From contig JAIBAF010000042.1 in the NCBI GenBank assembly GCA_019695335.1, positions 1 through 32,303 on the forward strand: a stretch of 32,303 bases of DNA, written 5' to 3'. A program made the translations under genes and the position numbers. The notes under the pieces were generated by a model that was given only the letters and a program-made list of their open reading frames with translations, had not been told where the DNA came from and ran no database searches. The first letter of the stretch is position 1, and the number at the start of each line of letters is the position of its first letter. This DNA comes from a bacterium. GTDB taxonomy: Bacteria; CLD3; SB21. Positions 18,804-28,101 of the stretch are shown in pieces.

Positions 18804-19625
18804 TTAATTTATACGTTCTTCGTACGTATAGACATTAAAATGATCGCTACGAAGAAATCCGACCAACGTCACACCAAATTCAAACGCTGTTTTAACGGCC
18901 AGATTCGACGGAGCTGAAATAGCCGTAAGGATCGGCACTTGTGCGCTGACGGCTTTCTGAACAATTTCATAACTCAATCGGCCGCTGACCATCAGGATAT
19001 GCTTGTTAAGCGGAAGTAATTCTTGTTCATACACGTGCCCGATGATCTTATCGACCGCGTTATGACGGCCAATATCTTCACGCACGCAGACAAGTTCACC
19101 TGCCGCTGTAAAAAGTCCCGCCGCATGCAAACCACCCGTGGCGTCAAAAACTTTTTGAGCGGAGCGCATCTGATCGGAAAAGGTCAAAATTGTTTTGGCC
19201 GGAATTTTCCAATCGGATTGAATGCGTTTAAATCCTTTTTCTTTCAACGATTCTATGGACGTACGGCCACAGACGCCGCAACTTGCGTTGACATAGGAAT
19301 AACGGTTTAAACTTTCTGAATCTTTAGCCCGGTCAAATGAAGTTTCATCCAGCGTAATGACAATAGTGTTGGCGTCTTTCATTTTGATTTGCAAGACTTC
19401 AGAACCTATATTCAATATTCCCTCGGAAAACAAAAATCCCGTAGCCAATTCATCATCGTGTTCAGGCGTCCTCATCGTAACGGCCAACGTTTTTTTGTGC
19501 TCGCCGGCCGGATCCGTTACGACTATTTCCAACGGCTCTTCACCCGTCAGCGCATCTTTCTTTTCCTGCCAACGGCCGTTTTTAAAAGAGCGCACTATAA
19601 ATGAATCGATGGATGGTTTTTTCAT
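18804..19625 (-). CDS. fdhD: Formate dehydrogenase accessory sulfurtransferase FdhD
   Basis: FdhD hallmarks are present: 'SCGVCG' (active-site cysteine loop) and 'GRHNAVDK'. Length 273 aa. It lies downstream of the Mo-oxidoreductase gene. Confidence 0.9.
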   Translation of the reverse strand: MKKPSIDSFIVRSFKNGRWQEKKDALTGEEPLEIVVTDPAGEHKKTLAVTMRTPEHDDELATGFLFSEGILNIGSEVLQIKMKDANTIVITLDETSFDRAKDSESLNRYSYVNASCGVCGRTSIESLKEKGFKRIQSDWKIPAKTILTFSDQMRSAQKVFDATGGLHAAGLFTAAGELVCVREDIGRHNAVDKIIGHVYEQELLPLNKHILMVSGRLSYEIVQKAVSAQVPILTAISAPSNLAVKTAFEFGVTLVGFLRSDHFNVYTYEERIN

Positions 19626-19666
19626 GATTTTAATTTTAAAAATTCTATGCGTTCTCGGGTGTGAAA

Positions 19667-21889
19667 TCAGGTTTTTTCAATTTCCACCACCGCATTATAA
19701 TCCGGGATCAACACTTCTTTGTCCATTACACCGCGTTTAAGCAAAATATTTCCTTCGGGCCAGTGAATTTGAATATTCTGCGGCTTGATCGGAGCGATTT
19801 TTACGCGTCCTTTAAATTGTCCTTGCTCATTTTTTAGAATAATTGAGTCACCGTTTTTGAGATTCAATTTTTCCGCATCGTGATGACTCAGAAAAATCGC
19901 ATCACGGAATGCACCCGTTAAAGGGTCATGTTCCGCCTGAACCATGCTGTTAAATTGTTTGCCGCGACGTGTCGACACGTGAAAATATTTCCCATCAAGT
20001 TCGATTTCTTTTGGTTGGACAACAAAAAAATTAGCTTTTCCGTTTGAGGTTTTAAAATTCCAGCCGTCGCAAAGCCTTTCGCCGCCCCACTGAACGTCGT
20101 CTCCGGATTTCTTAAGATGTTGGATGCCGTCATAAAATTCGACTGTTTTGGCAATTTCTTCACGAATTTCCCAGCCGGAATTAAAATGGATCTGCTGCTT
20201 TCTTTCCGGGTATGTGTGTTCAGCCAATTCCATCAGTATTTCCCACTCGCTTTTAGCCTCGCCCACAACGTGACCATTAATTTCCGGACTGTAAATGATC
20301 CGGCGTTCCGTTGTCGTCTCGGTGCCGCCGTCGCGCTGTTCGTATCGCGTTTTCGCAGGCAAGAGAATGACCGTATCGGCCGGATCGATCAGCATTTGCT
20401 GCGTAATAATAATATCCTGATGCACGCGAAGCGGTATGCGGCTGACGGCATTGCGGACAAATTCAGGATCCGGCAACACTTCCGTAAAATTACCGCCTAC
20501 CTGAAACAAGACATCAATTTTATTCTCGGCGGCGTTTTCAATCATTTCCACCGCGCTTAAGCCGCGCTCTCCGGCAATTGGAAATCCGTATTGACGCGAA
20601 AGCGTTTCCGCGTTTTCAGGGGTAATTGGTTTTCCGCCAGGAAATACCGTCGCGTAAGCGCCCACTTCCGCCCCGCCTTGTACGCCGGAATGGCCGCGAA
20701 TCGGCATCAAGCCGCAGCCGGGACGTCCGACAAATCCTTTCGTCAGTGCCAAGTTAATAATAGCGCGAACGCCATCGCTTCCGCACGAGTGCTGCGTAAT
20801 ACCCATGCTCCATACGAAAACAGCACGTTTAGCCTCATGAATCATTTTTGCAAAACGCGTCATTTCATCACGAGTAACTCCCGATAACTTTTCAAGATCG
20901 CTCCATGATTCATTTTGCAAAACGCGTTTGAGTTCGTCAAATCCGGCTCCGTGTTGACGGATAAAATCTTCATCGATCCAATTTTCGTCGATCAGAATCT
21001 TAATAACGCCATTGATGAATGCAATGTCGCCGCCGGTGTGCACGAGAAAAAATTCATCCGTGATTTTTGTTCCGAAGACGGCGCTTTCCGTCACGGACGG
21101 AACCCAGTAAAACTCCATCCCAGGCTCTCGGTACGGATTGACGCAAACGACTTTAGTACCGTTCTTTTTGGCATAATACAGATATTTCATCGTGACCGGT
21201 TGGTCGTTAGCGGCATTCGATCCGAAAAAAACGATCAGATCGGTTTCGAACCAATCTTTGTAACTGCACGTAGTGGCCGATGCGCCGACAGCTTGCTTCA
21301 ACGCACCCGTACTCGGCGAGTGACAGATGCGCGCAGAATTATCAATGTTATTCGTCCCGAGAAATCGAGCAACTTTTTGCGCGACATAATATACTTCATT
21401 GGTAATGCCGCGCGACGTGAGATAAAAAGCCAAACGGTCAGACGCCGTTGCACGAATGCGTTCGGCGATGATTTCATACGCTTCCTGCCATGAAATGCGA
21501 TTAAAACCTTTATCGCCTTTTCGGCGAATCATCGGATAGGCCAGCCGTCCCATATCGCGCAATTGATGATTGGGTTTCCGGCGTAACGATTCGACATCGT
21601 TTAGTAGAACATGATCAAACTCGCGCATCGTATTCATCCGGAGCAATTTGAGCCGCACCATGCACAGATGCGTGCTGTCGATGGTCCAGTCATGCAATCC
21701 GGCTACACCGAGCGCACAACCATCGCAAACGCCTTTGGACAAAACTCTCCACGCGTACCGCAAATTATCGCGATTCTCCCAAACGATTTTAACCATGTCC
21801 AAAAAATGATTGGGCTTGGTCTTGCCGATGCCGTTCGGAGAAAGGCTTACCCAGGATTTGGGATTCCATGTGCGTTTGATTTTTTTCAT
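19667..21889 (-). CDS. Molybdopterin-dependent oxidoreductase alpha subunit, YdeP/FdhF-like family (Cys, not Sec, ligand)
   Basis: The start 'MKKIKRT...' resembles the E. coli YdeP N-terminus (MKKK...). The 'ICHSPSTGAL' Mo-ligand cysteine motif corresponds to YdeP 'CHEPTSVGL', and the MopB and C-terminal MoCo-binding domains are present. The ATG at 21889 is preferred over the tool's TTG at 21904. Confidence 0.8.
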   Translation of the reverse strand: MKKIKRTWNPKSWVSLSPNGIGKTKPNHFLDMVKIVWENRDNLRYAWRVLSKGVCDGCALGVAGLHDWTIDSTHLCMVRLKLLRMNTMREFDHVLLNDVESLRRKPNHQLRDMGRLAYPMIRRKGDKGFNRISWQEAYEIIAERIRATASDRLAFYLTSRGITNEVYYVAQKVARFLGTNNIDNSARICHSPSTGALKQAVGASATTCSYKDWFETDLIVFFGSNAANDQPVTMKYLYYAKKNGTKVVCVNPYREPGMEFYWVPSVTESAVFGTKITDEFFLVHTGGDIAFINGVIKILIDENWIDEDFIRQHGAGFDELKRVLQNESWSDLEKLSGVTRDEMTRFAKMIHEAKRAVFVWSMGITQHSCGSDGVRAIINLALTKGFVGRPGCGLMPIRGHSGVQGGAEVGAYATVFPGGKPITPENAETLSRQYGFPIAGERGLSAVEMIENAAENKIDVLFQVGGNFTEVLPDPEFVRNAVSRIPLRVHQDIIITQQMLIDPADTVILLPAKTRYEQRDGGTETTTERRIIYSPEINGHVVGEAKSEWEILMELAEHTYPERKQQIHFNSGWEIREEIAKTVEFYDGIQHLKKSGDDVQWGGERLCDGWNFKTSNGKANFFVVQPKEIELDGKYFHVSTRRGKQFNSMVQAEHDPLTGAFRDAIFLSHHDAEKLNLKNGDSIILKNEQGQFKGRVKIAPIKPQNIQIHWPEGNILLKRGVMDKEVLIPDYNAVVEIEKT

Positions 21890-21900
21890 AGAGATGGTTA

Positions 21901-22221
21901 TCAAAAAGTAACTGTTTTATCCGCCCATTCAACCATTTTCACGCAATCGATCATCGTGGACATCGGGCACGCTTCCGTACCGCTCAATTGGCGTGATTGA
22001 AGACAAGTTCCGCAAGCCAGAATTTCCCCGCCTTGTTTGATAAAATTTTTCAATTGCTCGCTGACATTGTATTGTTCATGCGTTAAGCCTTCGCATTCAA
22101 CCGCTTCTCCCATGAGAAACACTTTGACTTCATGGCCGGCTTTTTTAGCGGTCACTGCAAATCGAAAAGCATTCCACGCTTTTTCGTATTCTTTCGTTTC
22201 GATGATGATCCCGAGTTTCAT
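21901..22221 (-). CDS. DsrE/DsrF-like (YchN-fold) small protein, putative sulfur carrier
   Basis: About 106 aa. 'KLGIIIET...', 'EILACGTCLQSR' and several conserved cysteines look DsrE/TusD-like. Its stop lies 11 nt before the oxidoreductase start. The start could be ATG 22221 or GTG 22230. Confidence 0.55.
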   Translation of the reverse strand: MKLGIIIETKEYEKAWNAFRFAVTAKKAGHEVKVFLMGEAVECEGLTHEQYNVSEQLKNFIKQGGEILACGTCLQSRQLSGTEACPMSTMIDCVKMVEWADKTVTF

Positions 22222-22287
22222 CGATTCCACATTTCAGATAAATTTTAATTTGATTAACTAAATCCCGATGCCGGACATTGGCTACAT

Positions 22288-24054
22288 TCACTTTGCTTTG
22301 ATCACGACGACGGTAATGTCGTCCGATTGAGGCGCATTACCGGCGAAAACCTTGATTTCCTGGGCGATGAGTTCAGTCGTTTCTTTAGCCGAGAGCGGAA
22401 GGTTGGTTTGAAGAAGCTTTTCAAGCCGCGGTTCTTCGTATTGTTCATCCTGCTCGTTCATCGCTTCCGTTACGCCGTCGGTGAACATAACAACCTTATC
22501 GTTTGGTTGTAACTGAATGGTTTCCATTTCGTACGGCATGTGTGGCATCATCCCAAGCAGGAGTCCGCCTTTTTCGAGCATTTGGAGTGAACCGTCGGCT
22601 TTGACCCAGTACGGCGGATTGTGACCGGCATTGACGTACGTAAATGTCATCGCGTCCAGATTCAGAACGCCGCCGAAAAAAGTAATAAATTTATCAGAAT
22701 CCGTATTGGCATGAATGATATTGTTCACTTTTGCGACAAGATGATCGAATGCTTTGACTTCACCGCTTAGCGCAAGCAAACTGGCTTGTACGTTACTCAT
22801 CAGCAGCGACGCCGGCACGCCTTTGCCTGAAACATCGGCGATCGCAATAATATAATTTTTGTCGTCGATTTTAACGACGTCGAAGTAGTCGCCTCCGACC
22901 TGCTTTGATGAAATATTGACGCCGAACGCTTCACAATTTTTCCATTCCGGAAATTGTTTCGGAAGAAGTCCAATCTGAATTTTACGGGCGAGCGCCAATT
23001 CCTCTTCGAGGCGTTTGCGTTCGAGCGAATCTTCAAAAAGCCACGCATTTTCCAGCGAAATCATCGCCTGGTTACACAACGTGTACAAAAAATTCAGTTC
23101 ATCTTTTGAAAATGATTTGGACGAAATCTTATTACCGAGCAGCAAAATTCCTTTGGTTTTATCCTGCGAGCGCATCGGAACGACCGACACAACATCGTTA
23201 CGTGCCAGGGCGGAATTGAGATCGCTTTCTTCCGCCTCTTCAATAGCATACGCGGCTCCGACGTCGAACATCGCATTCAAATGCTGAACATCCATTTCGA
23301 TTTTCGCGAATCCGCGTTTTTCAACCAATTCTACCGAATCATTACGGCGCAAATAAACGGCAAATTTATTCAACATCATTTCGCCCATCAAACCATAACC
23401 GAGCAGTTTTACAATTTGCTTTGAATCCAGAACCGCATTGAGTTCTTTCCCGATATCAAAGAGCGTATTGAGTTCCTGAATTTTTTTATCCAGTTTGACA
23501 TTGACGCTCTTCAGTTCTTCGAACACAACGCCGTTGTGGATGCTGGTGGCGGCGATATTGGCCATCGATGACAAAAATTCAATTTCACTTTCGATATAAC
23601 CTTTGCCGATTAACTTTTTTCCATACGCCACCAATCCAAGCGTGTCGTTGCGAAGAACGATCGGCAAAAATAATTTGATATCGAATTGTTCGAAAAAGGA
23701 TAACCATTGGAAACCGTTGTTTTTAATTTCATCCATTAAAAACGGCTTCTGCGGCAAATCGGGCATGTGCAGTTTTTTGCCGATCAGTTCGCGTGACAGG
23801 CCTTTGAGCGTATAGACTTCAAAATGATGATCGCCGCGATGCATCAGGAAAACGCCTTTATTGATCATCATTCTTCCCATTGGCGACAATAAAATATTAT
23901 CGGCAATGGAAGTCAGATTAAGAGAGGAATTCAACAACTGGCTGATCTCAAAAAGCGCAGAAAGTTCGAACAATTTACGGTCGACTTCGTCCTGCACTTC
24001 GCCTTTGATCAGCGATTGTTTTTCAAAATCTTTGTCGTCTTTGGGTTCGCTCAT
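22288..24054 (-). CDS. GAF-domain-containing PP2C-type serine phosphatase (RsbU/SpoIIE family)
   Basis: N-terminal GAF-like regions are followed by a C-terminal PP2C/SpoIIE domain ('GDYFDV', 'IADVSGKGVPASLLMS', 'MFTDGVTEA', 'DDITVVVIKA'). The ATG (MSEPK) at 24054 lies 2 nt after the upstream mini-ORF's stop. Confidence 0.8.
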   Translation of the reverse strand: MSEPKDDKDFEKQSLIKGEVQDEVDRKLFELSALFEISQLLNSSLNLTSIADNILLSPMGRMMINKGVFLMHRGDHHFEVYTLKGLSRELIGKKLHMPDLPQKPFLMDEIKNNGFQWLSFFEQFDIKLFLPIVLRNDTLGLVAYGKKLIGKGYIESEIEFLSSMANIAATSIHNGVVFEELKSVNVKLDKKIQELNTLFDIGKELNAVLDSKQIVKLLGYGLMGEMMLNKFAVYLRRNDSVELVEKRGFAKIEMDVQHLNAMFDVGAAYAIEEAEESDLNSALARNDVVSVVPMRSQDKTKGILLLGNKISSKSFSKDELNFLYTLCNQAMISLENAWLFEDSLERKRLEEELALARKIQIGLLPKQFPEWKNCEAFGVNISSKQVGGDYFDVVKIDDKNYIIAIADVSGKGVPASLLMSNVQASLLALSGEVKAFDHLVAKVNNIIHANTDSDKFITFFGGVLNLDAMTFTYVNAGHNPPYWVKADGSLQMLEKGGLLLGMMPHMPYEMETIQLQPNDKVVMFTDGVTEAMNEQDEQYEEPRLEKLLQTNLPLSAKETTELIAQEIKVFAGNAPQSDDITVVVIKAK

Positions 24055-24056
24055 AA

Positions 24057-24209
24057 TTATTCTAGCCGGTCTTTCCAATTATTTTTCAGACGTTCGCGCC
24101 GCTTTGCAATTTTTTTCTTCTGATGGCGGCCAATGTATAAAAAATAGGTAAATAAAATCAGCCCGCAGGCAACAATCAATGTCAGCGTGATGTCAAACTG
24201 AACAGGCAT
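24057..24209 (-). CDS. Small (~50 aa) single-TM membrane protein, unknown function
   Basis: 'MPVQFDITLTLIVACGLILFTYFLYIGRHQKKKIAKRRERLKNNWKDRLE' is a TM helix plus a basic tail. The ATG at 24209 is 1 nt after the cyclodeaminase stop, and its TAA is 2 nt before the phosphatase ATG. The tool's longer form (to 24302) overlaps the cyclodeaminase. Confidence 0.35.
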   Translation of the reverse strand: MPVQFDITLTLIVACGLILFTYFLYIGRHQKKKIAKRRERLKNNWKDRLE

Positions 24210-24210
24210 A

Positions 24211-24840
24211 TTATGCAAACGATGTTTCGACGCGTTGTTGTATAGTTTGCGCAGTTTGATCGACTTCGGATAAAATTGCGGAAGCCGATGCACCGACTTC
24301 ATTTACAAAATTGGCGTCCTTGATCCCGGATAAATTGATTTTGACATTGTAATAAGCGCCGCGGCATCCTGCCTGAATCATCAGCATGGAGACTCCGGCA
24401 TCGCTGAGCGCATTCGTATTCCCTTTTTCTGCAACGTGTTTGGAAAGACGGATCGCTTGCGCGCACAGTTTCATCAGATCAAGTGGAACCAGCGTGGCCT
24501 GCTTCGTCGCCGCTTCAATGGCCTCGGATCGCTGTTGTTTTTCGGCGTCGTTGGCCTGAGGTAATTTAAACGCATTCATGACAACGTTGAACGCTTCGGT
24601 GTCACGATCGATCAAGGTTGTCGCTTCGGCGCGTAATTTTTCACTTGCCTGCAGTATTTCTTTCATTTCATTTTCAACCGCGACGTATTTTTTCTTTCCG
24701 ATGGTCAATTGGCTCACCATCGACACCAAGGCCGTTCCCAAAGCTCCGGCTAACGCCGAAACGCTGCCGCCGCCCGGAGCCGGTGACGACGAAGCAAGCT
24801 CATTCAAGAAGTCGTGGACGTTTTTTGTGATCAGCGACAT
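24211..24840 (-). CDS. Cyclodeaminase/cyclohydrolase family protein (FTCD C-terminal-like, methenyl-THF cyclohydrolase-like)
   Basis: The N-terminal motif 'FLNELASSSPAPGGGSVSALAGALGTALVSMV' is the signature of the formiminotransferase-cyclodeaminase C-terminal domain family. Confidence 0.75.
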   Translation of the reverse strand: MSLITKNVHDFLNELASSSPAPGGGSVSALAGALGTALVSMVSQLTIGKKKYVAVENEMKEILQASEKLRAEATTLIDRDTEAFNVVMNAFKLPQANDAEKQQRSEAIEAATKQATLVPLDLMKLCAQAIRLSKHVAEKGNTNALSDAGVSMLMIQAGCRGAYYNVKINLSGIKDANFVNEVGASASAILSEVDQTAQTIQQRVETSFA

Positions 24841-24917
24841 AAAAACCTGTTTGTTTCAAAGTAAAGCCGATATTGGTAGCAATATAATAAATAGTTTTTA
24901 ATTCTATTAAGAAAAAA

Positions 24918-25772
24918 TTACAACTCTATTTTCTGGCCATCCAAGGGAATTCGAATATTTAATTTCTCTTTTTCGGCAAAAGTTTTGAGGTCCGTTCGCT
25001 TCAGTAAACAATGATTTACCGTATCCATATGAACGGCAATAATTTCAGCTTCCGGCATGGCCTTGCATACTTGTGCAATATCATTAGTATCCATCGTGAT
25101 CGGTCCGCCGGTTAAAAATTGTGCCGCGCCGGCATTGACGATAACATGTTTAGGTAAAAAACGACGTAATGCATCGGCAACTTCATTACACCATATTGTA
25201 TCGCCTGCAACGTATAACGCCGGAGCCTGATCAGTTTGAAAAATGAATCCCGAAACGGTTCCCATTTTACGGCCAATTTCACCCGTACCGTGTTGTCCGC
25301 CGGTTCGCGTAATCGTAATTCCTTTCCAATCGACATATCCTTGAATAACGCGGACGTCCGTAAAGCCCTGATTTTTTATAACGGATTCATCCGAAGGTTG
25401 GCAAAAGAGCGGCAAGTTTTTTGGTAATATCTGAATAGCTTTTGCGTCCCAATGATCACGATGCGTATGGGTAACGACAATAGCCGTGAGACTGTTTAAC
25501 CATTGCGACAATGTTGCCTCGTCTATCGGCAAATCAACCATGGGAATGCGAAAATTATTTACTGCGTTCGCCACAGGATCCATCGTTTCTTTAGGACTCA
25601 ACATCGGATCGATAAGAATTTTTTGATCGGCTATTTCAAGAATCAAAGTCGCGTGACGAATGAACTGTATCGCAAGACGCGAATCGTTATAACGTTCCAT
25701 GTCTGTCAGAGGGCCTGAAACCATACTGGCCAATCCCCCGAAAAGTTTTTTGGCGAAATGCCTGCGATCCAT
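24918..25772 (-). CDS. MBL-fold metallo-hydrolase, possibly Tat-exported
   Basis: 'HTHRDHWD' is the HxHxDH metallo-β-lactamase motif. The N-terminus 'MDRRHFAKKLFGGLASMVSG' is twin-arginine-like. Confidence 0.8.
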   Translation of the reverse strand: MDRRHFAKKLFGGLASMVSGPLTDMERYNDSRLAIQFIRHATLILEIADQKILIDPMLSPKETMDPVANAVNNFRIPMVDLPIDEATLSQWLNSLTAIVVTHTHRDHWDAKAIQILPKNLPLFCQPSDESVIKNQGFTDVRVIQGYVDWKGITITRTGGQHGTGEIGRKMGTVSGFIFQTDQAPALYVAGDTIWCNEVADALRRFLPKHVIVNAGAAQFLTGGPITMDTNDIAQVCKAMPEAEIIAVHMDTVNHCLLKRTDLKTFAEKEKLNIRIPLDGQKIEL

Positions 25773-25779
25773 CGAACAC

Positions 25780-26505
25780 CTATAATTTAATTCCGCAGTA
25801 CACCGTCACAATGCCCATTGTCATATCGAAATATCGAACGTTCGCAAAACCTGCATTTTCCAAAAGTTGTTTGAAGGCTTCGCGCTCAGGAAATTTCATA
25901 ACGGAATTCGGCAAATAATGATACGCATTTTTATCGCTGGAAAATATCGAACCGACCGCCGGAAGAATTTTTTCAAAATATAACCGGTAAAGTTGCTTAA
26001 ACACCGGCAATCGCGGCATGGAAAATTCCAGGATGACGACGATGCCCGATCCGGTTAATACGCGCGCCATTTCACTCAACGATTTCGGAATGTCTTCGAC
26101 GTTGCGGATACCGAAAGCGATTGTAGCGGCGTCGACGCTTTCGTCCGGAAGCGGTAATTTTTCCGCTTCACCGCATACCATAAAAATCTGACGGTGCAAA
26201 TCTTTCTTACGGATTTTTTCCCGGCCGTAGATCAACATGCCATGCGATAAATCAACACCGACGACTTTACGGGCGCCATTTTTCACCGCTGCAACCGCCA
26301 CGTCTCCCGTTCCCGTCGCCAGGTCGAGCAATCGCGGATTCATCTGGAAATTGATCAGTTTCAGCGCTTGCCGCCGCCAGTAAATATCGATACCTAAACT
26401 GAGCAAATGATTGAGAAAATCATACCGCGAGGCCACGCGATCGAACATGGATTTGACATATTCTTTTTTCTCTGAAGGCGAGGGTAAATAGGATTCGTTG
26501 GCCAT
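25780..26505 (-). CDS. ubiE: Demethylmenaquinone / ubiquinone C-methyltransferase UbiE/MenG
   Basis: 'YDFLNHLLSLGIDIYWRR' and SAM motif I 'LDLATGTGD' are diagnostic of UbiE/MenG. Length 241 aa. Confidence 0.85.
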   Translation of the reverse strand: MANESYLPSPSEKKEYVKSMFDRVASRYDFLNHLLSLGIDIYWRRQALKLINFQMNPRLLDLATGTGDVAVAAVKNGARKVVGVDLSHGMLIYGREKIRKKDLHRQIFMVCGEAEKLPLPDESVDAATIAFGIRNVEDIPKSLSEMARVLTGSGIVVILEFSMPRLPVFKQLYRLYFEKILPAVGSIFSSDKNAYHYLPNSVMKFPEREAFKQLLENAGFANVRYFDMTMGIVTVYCGIKL

Positions 26506-26683
26506 GAAGAAATCCGGGTCCTGATTGGGTTGATGACAGTGAAATAGCGGCGCAAAAGTAGGAAAGAAAATACAATTTTGCCAATCAAAAAAACCGGCGT
26601 GTTAACCAAGCGCATGGCTGATCCGTTTTAGCATTAGAGGCGCCGCTGATATTACCTTAATAAGAATCAAAGGAGATTGATTT

Positions 26684-28012
26684 ATGAAAACTTTCGCCGT
26701 TCTATTTGTATTATTTTTTGTAAATAATTTCAACCAATGCAGCGGCCAGAACCTTGATTCCAAGCTCAAGCCCGCTCAAAAAAAAGAAATTGTTGTCAAA
26801 GTCGCATCATTATTAAAAGAAAATTACGTTTTCATCGAAAAAGCCGATGCGATGGCGGCAGAATTGACCAGGAAATTGGAGACCAATCAATACGACGCTT
26901 TTGAAACTCTGGATTCTTTCGGCGATCAATTAAACCGTGATCTGATCAACCTCTCTAAAGACAAACACCTTCAGATTAATTTTAGCCCTAAGATCGTTCG
27001 CCAGTTAAGAAAGGAGGCTGCCGGAGAAAAAGAAGTTCCGGATGAAGGGTTCATTGAATTATTGAAAGGTGAAAACTTCAGAATGAGAAAAGTCGAAATT
27101 TTGCATGGCAACATCGGCTATTTCAAGCTGGACAATTTTGTTGAATTAAAATATTGCAAAGAAACATTGACCGGTGCGATGAATTTCATTTCCAATGCGT
27201 CGGCCATTGTGCTGGACTTGTCGGATTGCGGCGGAGGGCCATCGGAAACCATGGATTTTATTCTCAGCTATTTTCTACCGGAATCGACTAAGATTAGTGA
27301 ACTGCGTTTCAGAAAAAATAACGAAATGAAAGAATCGTACACCGTAAAGGATGCCACAATCAAAAAACTCACTGACGTGCCATTGTTCATTCTTGTTAGC
27401 GGCAATACGGCTTCGGCGGCTGAGGGTTTGGCCGCGTGCCTCAAAGAATACAAAAGAGCCGCCCTTGTTGGCGGGCAAACCAAAGGATTGGGCAATCCGG
27501 GAGAACTATTTGTTATCAACGACGTGTTATACATGTTTATCACGACGGCGGTAAGCAAAACGGCCAAATCAGGCGCGAATTTCGATGGCGTAGGTATTAC
27601 GCCGGACATTGCCGTATCGTCTTCCAATGCATCGTTTAATTTTAATAAAGCCATGTCGGAAGTCTGCCGGATACTTAGCGAAACTGCCAAAAACAAAAAA
27701 CTGAAAAATGCGGGGCAATGGCTGAAGTTTGAATATGAATCGTACCTCGATCAGGAAATGGCCGGCGAAGATTATCGCCGATTAATCGTTGGAGAGTATG
27801 ATGGCAACCGGAAAATTATTCAGGAAAACAAACAGTTGTATTTCGACAACGGCAGCCTGAAAAGAAAATTAACGTATATGGGGAAAGGCGTGTTTTCAGC
27901 TGAAGGCAGGAAGGATTACAGGATTTATTTTCCGACGGACGCCAAAAAAATCGACGCGATGACAGTATTATGGTTTGACGATACGGAAGATTCATTCAAA
28001 AGAGTTAATTAA
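26684..28012 (+). CDS. S41-family peptidase (C-terminal processing/tail-specific protease-like), secreted
   Basis: Signal peptide present and RBS AAAGGAG upstream. The 'SGNTASAAEGLA' Ser box and 'GGQTKGLG' Lys box are typical of S41 Ser/Lys dyad peptidases. Confidence 0.8.
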   Translation: MKTFAVLFVLFFVNNFNQCSGQNLDSKLKPAQKKEIVVKVASLLKENYVFIEKADAMAAELTRKLETNQYDAFETLDSFGDQLNRDLINLSKDKHLQINFSPKIVRQLRKEAAGEKEVPDEGFIELLKGENFRMRKVEILHGNIGYFKLDNFVELKYCKETLTGAMNFISNASAIVLDLSDCGGGPSETMDFILSYFLPESTKISELRFRKNNEMKESYTVKDATIKKLTDVPLFILVSGNTASAAEGLAACLKEYKRAALVGGQTKGLGNPGELFVINDVLYMFITTAVSKTAKSGANFDGVGITPDIAVSSSNASFNFNKAMSEVCRILSETAKNKKLKNAGQWLKFEYESYLDQEMAGEDYRRLIVGEYDGNRKIIQENKQLYFDNGSLKRKLTYMGKGVFSAEGRKDYRIYFPTDAKKIDAMTVLWFDDTEDSFKRVN

Positions 28013-28101
28013 AAAACGGCGCATTTTTTCTTGTATCTTAATTTCAGAACTTTACATTCTCTTAATTTCAAAGCCCTAAATTAATTCAAGGAGAATGAGC
28101 C

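Noticed and set aside
19667-21904. Possible selenocysteine-containing formate dehydrogenase with an in-frame TGA
   Set aside because: The ORF is uninterrupted and the Mo-ligand position reads Cys (ICHSPSTGAL), as in YdeP. No in-frame TGA or SECIS-like hairpin is needed.
20117-22000. Plus-strand ORFs (147, 98, 192 and 129 aa) across the Mo-oxidoreductase gene
   Set aside because: They are antisense to the YdeP-family gene, which has recognisable Moco-enzyme motifs in the minus frame.
28013-28101. AAAAACGGCGCATTTTTT near the S41 peptidase stop, as a possible terminator
   Set aside because: The stem would be only 2-3 GC pairs flanked by A/T. That is too weak to call; it is more likely just promoter A/T tracts for the DLH gene.
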